From IMG/VR virus record IMGVR_UViG_3300006139_000005, positions 1 through 26,049 of that record: a DNA stretch of 26,049 bases; one strand, written 5' to 3'. Source of the DNA: a virus. Lineage: Duplodnaviria > Heunggongvirae > Uroviricota > Caudoviricetes. Below the pieces are notes generated by a model, which worked only from the letters and a program-made list of their open reading frames with translations, did not search any database and was not told where the DNA came from. Each line of letters opens with the position of its first letter. The stretch's first letter is position 1. The translations under genes and the position numbers were made by a program. This document shows positions 25,044 to 26,049 of this stretch, piece by piece.

Positions 25044-26049
25044 TCAATCACCACCTTGATTTTGTTCGTCGCTTTCCAAAGAAGAAAGCTCAAGCAACCA
25101 CTTCTTCAGCAATTCCCTCATACGCCTACTCGGAATATACACCCAGATTTCCTTGCCGTCCCGAATTGCAGAACGCCAAATCCACTGGATCATCTCACCC
25201 AACGCATATTCCTCTTCTTTTACCTCAACACCATGATCGAGGAAATAATTTTTTAGCAAAGGATGATAAAAGACATTGACACAGTACGCCAAGTGATCTC
25301 TATTTCGGTATGCGTTTGTGGCCCTAATGTTGAATGAAAGGAAGCCTTTCGTATAGCCTTTTCCTTTCAATATATCTTGATAATCAACAAACACAGTCCA
25401 CAGGTTCTGACTTGTAGGAGAAGCAAAACGATTTGTAAAAACATTAACCAAATTATTGCGCATTTGCTTGATTAGTGGAGATCCCTTTGCTTTTTTTGCC
25501 CTATCATACCAGGACGCAGATAGGCTTGCATATTGCTCGCCAATCTTATTCAGCTTACTATCTTCGAGAATATGGATTTTCTCATGCAGAGTTTTCACAT
25601 ACTCTGGAATATGTGGCTGGTCGCAAAAATGATATTCACCACTCTCATACATAGTGCCAATTTGCTGTATCTCAATGCCATTCATATCAAAGTAGTATTT
25701 CTGAACCTGTGCATCAAACATATAGGTCAGAATAATAACATCTTTGAAAGCGTGAAAAACCTCAATGGGGAACAGCCAGAGTAGCAGGCAATCATTGTAG
25801 AGAATAACATTACCAGTCATGCACATATCACGCAGATCCTCAAATCTGCCCTCATAGTCTTCCTTGACCCACCGCACACGACAATCATCGTCAACTTCGA
25901 TCATCTCAGCACGTAGCATCTTCAAATCCTTTGGGGAAATTTTGATAGTCTGCGCCACCTGGCATACTTCATCCAAAATGAGCTTATAAGCACCATCTCG
26001 GATTAGTTCAATAGTTTCGGTGGTGTATGTCTCAAATAGTGCGTGGGTG
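25044..26049 (-). CDS. SF2 (DExD-like) helicase-like protein, 5'-truncated (YonV-like position)
   Basis: The frame stays open to the right edge: ...THALFETYT...YKLILDEV (Walker B), then ILTYMF and EMIQWIWRSAIR. Confidence 0.7.
   Translation of the reverse strand, partial: THALFETYTTETIELIRDGAYKLILDEVCQVAQTIKISPKDLKMLRAEMIEVDDDCRVRWVKEDYEGRFEDLRDMCMTGNVILYNDCLLLWLFPIEVFHAFKDVIILTYMFDAQVQKYYFDMNGIEIQQIGTMYESGEYHFCDQPHIPEYVKTLHEKIHILEDSKLNKIGEQYASLSASWYDRAKKAKGSPLIKQMRNNLVNVFTNRFASPTSQNLWTVFVDYQDILKGKGYTKGFLSFNIRATNAYRNRDHLAYCVNVFYHPLLKNYFLDHGVEVKEEEYALGEMIQWIWRSAIRDGKEIWVYIPSRRMRELLKKWLLELSSLESDEQNQGGD

Overview
This window is part of a large SPbeta-like tailed phage or prophage of a Firmicutes host, probably Clostridia (host is inferred). 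Every supported gene is on the minus strand. Reading right to left: a truncated SF2 helicase-like gene, three small ORFs, a YonO-type single-subunit RNA polymerase, a small ORF, YonK-like and YonJ-like genes, and HU. Next comes a ~4.3 kb stable-RNA island (14850-19205) running from a sigmaA-type promoter to an intrinsic terminator. It holds 19 CCA-encoding tRNAs, a tmRNA with an unusually long tag, a ~617-nt GOLLD-like RNA, four copies of a stem+ACAGCAA element, several unassigned structured RNAs and one orphan ORF. The head module follows (candidate small terminase, large terminase, portal, protease/scaffold, capsid-associated protein, major capsid), then neck/tail genes and a RuvC-like resolvase, ClpP and PhoH block. 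The most interesting part is the RNA island, especially the unassigned structured RNAs at 15057-15275 and 15474-15802. All family assignments come from motif recognition and recalled SPbeta gene order; no database search was run.
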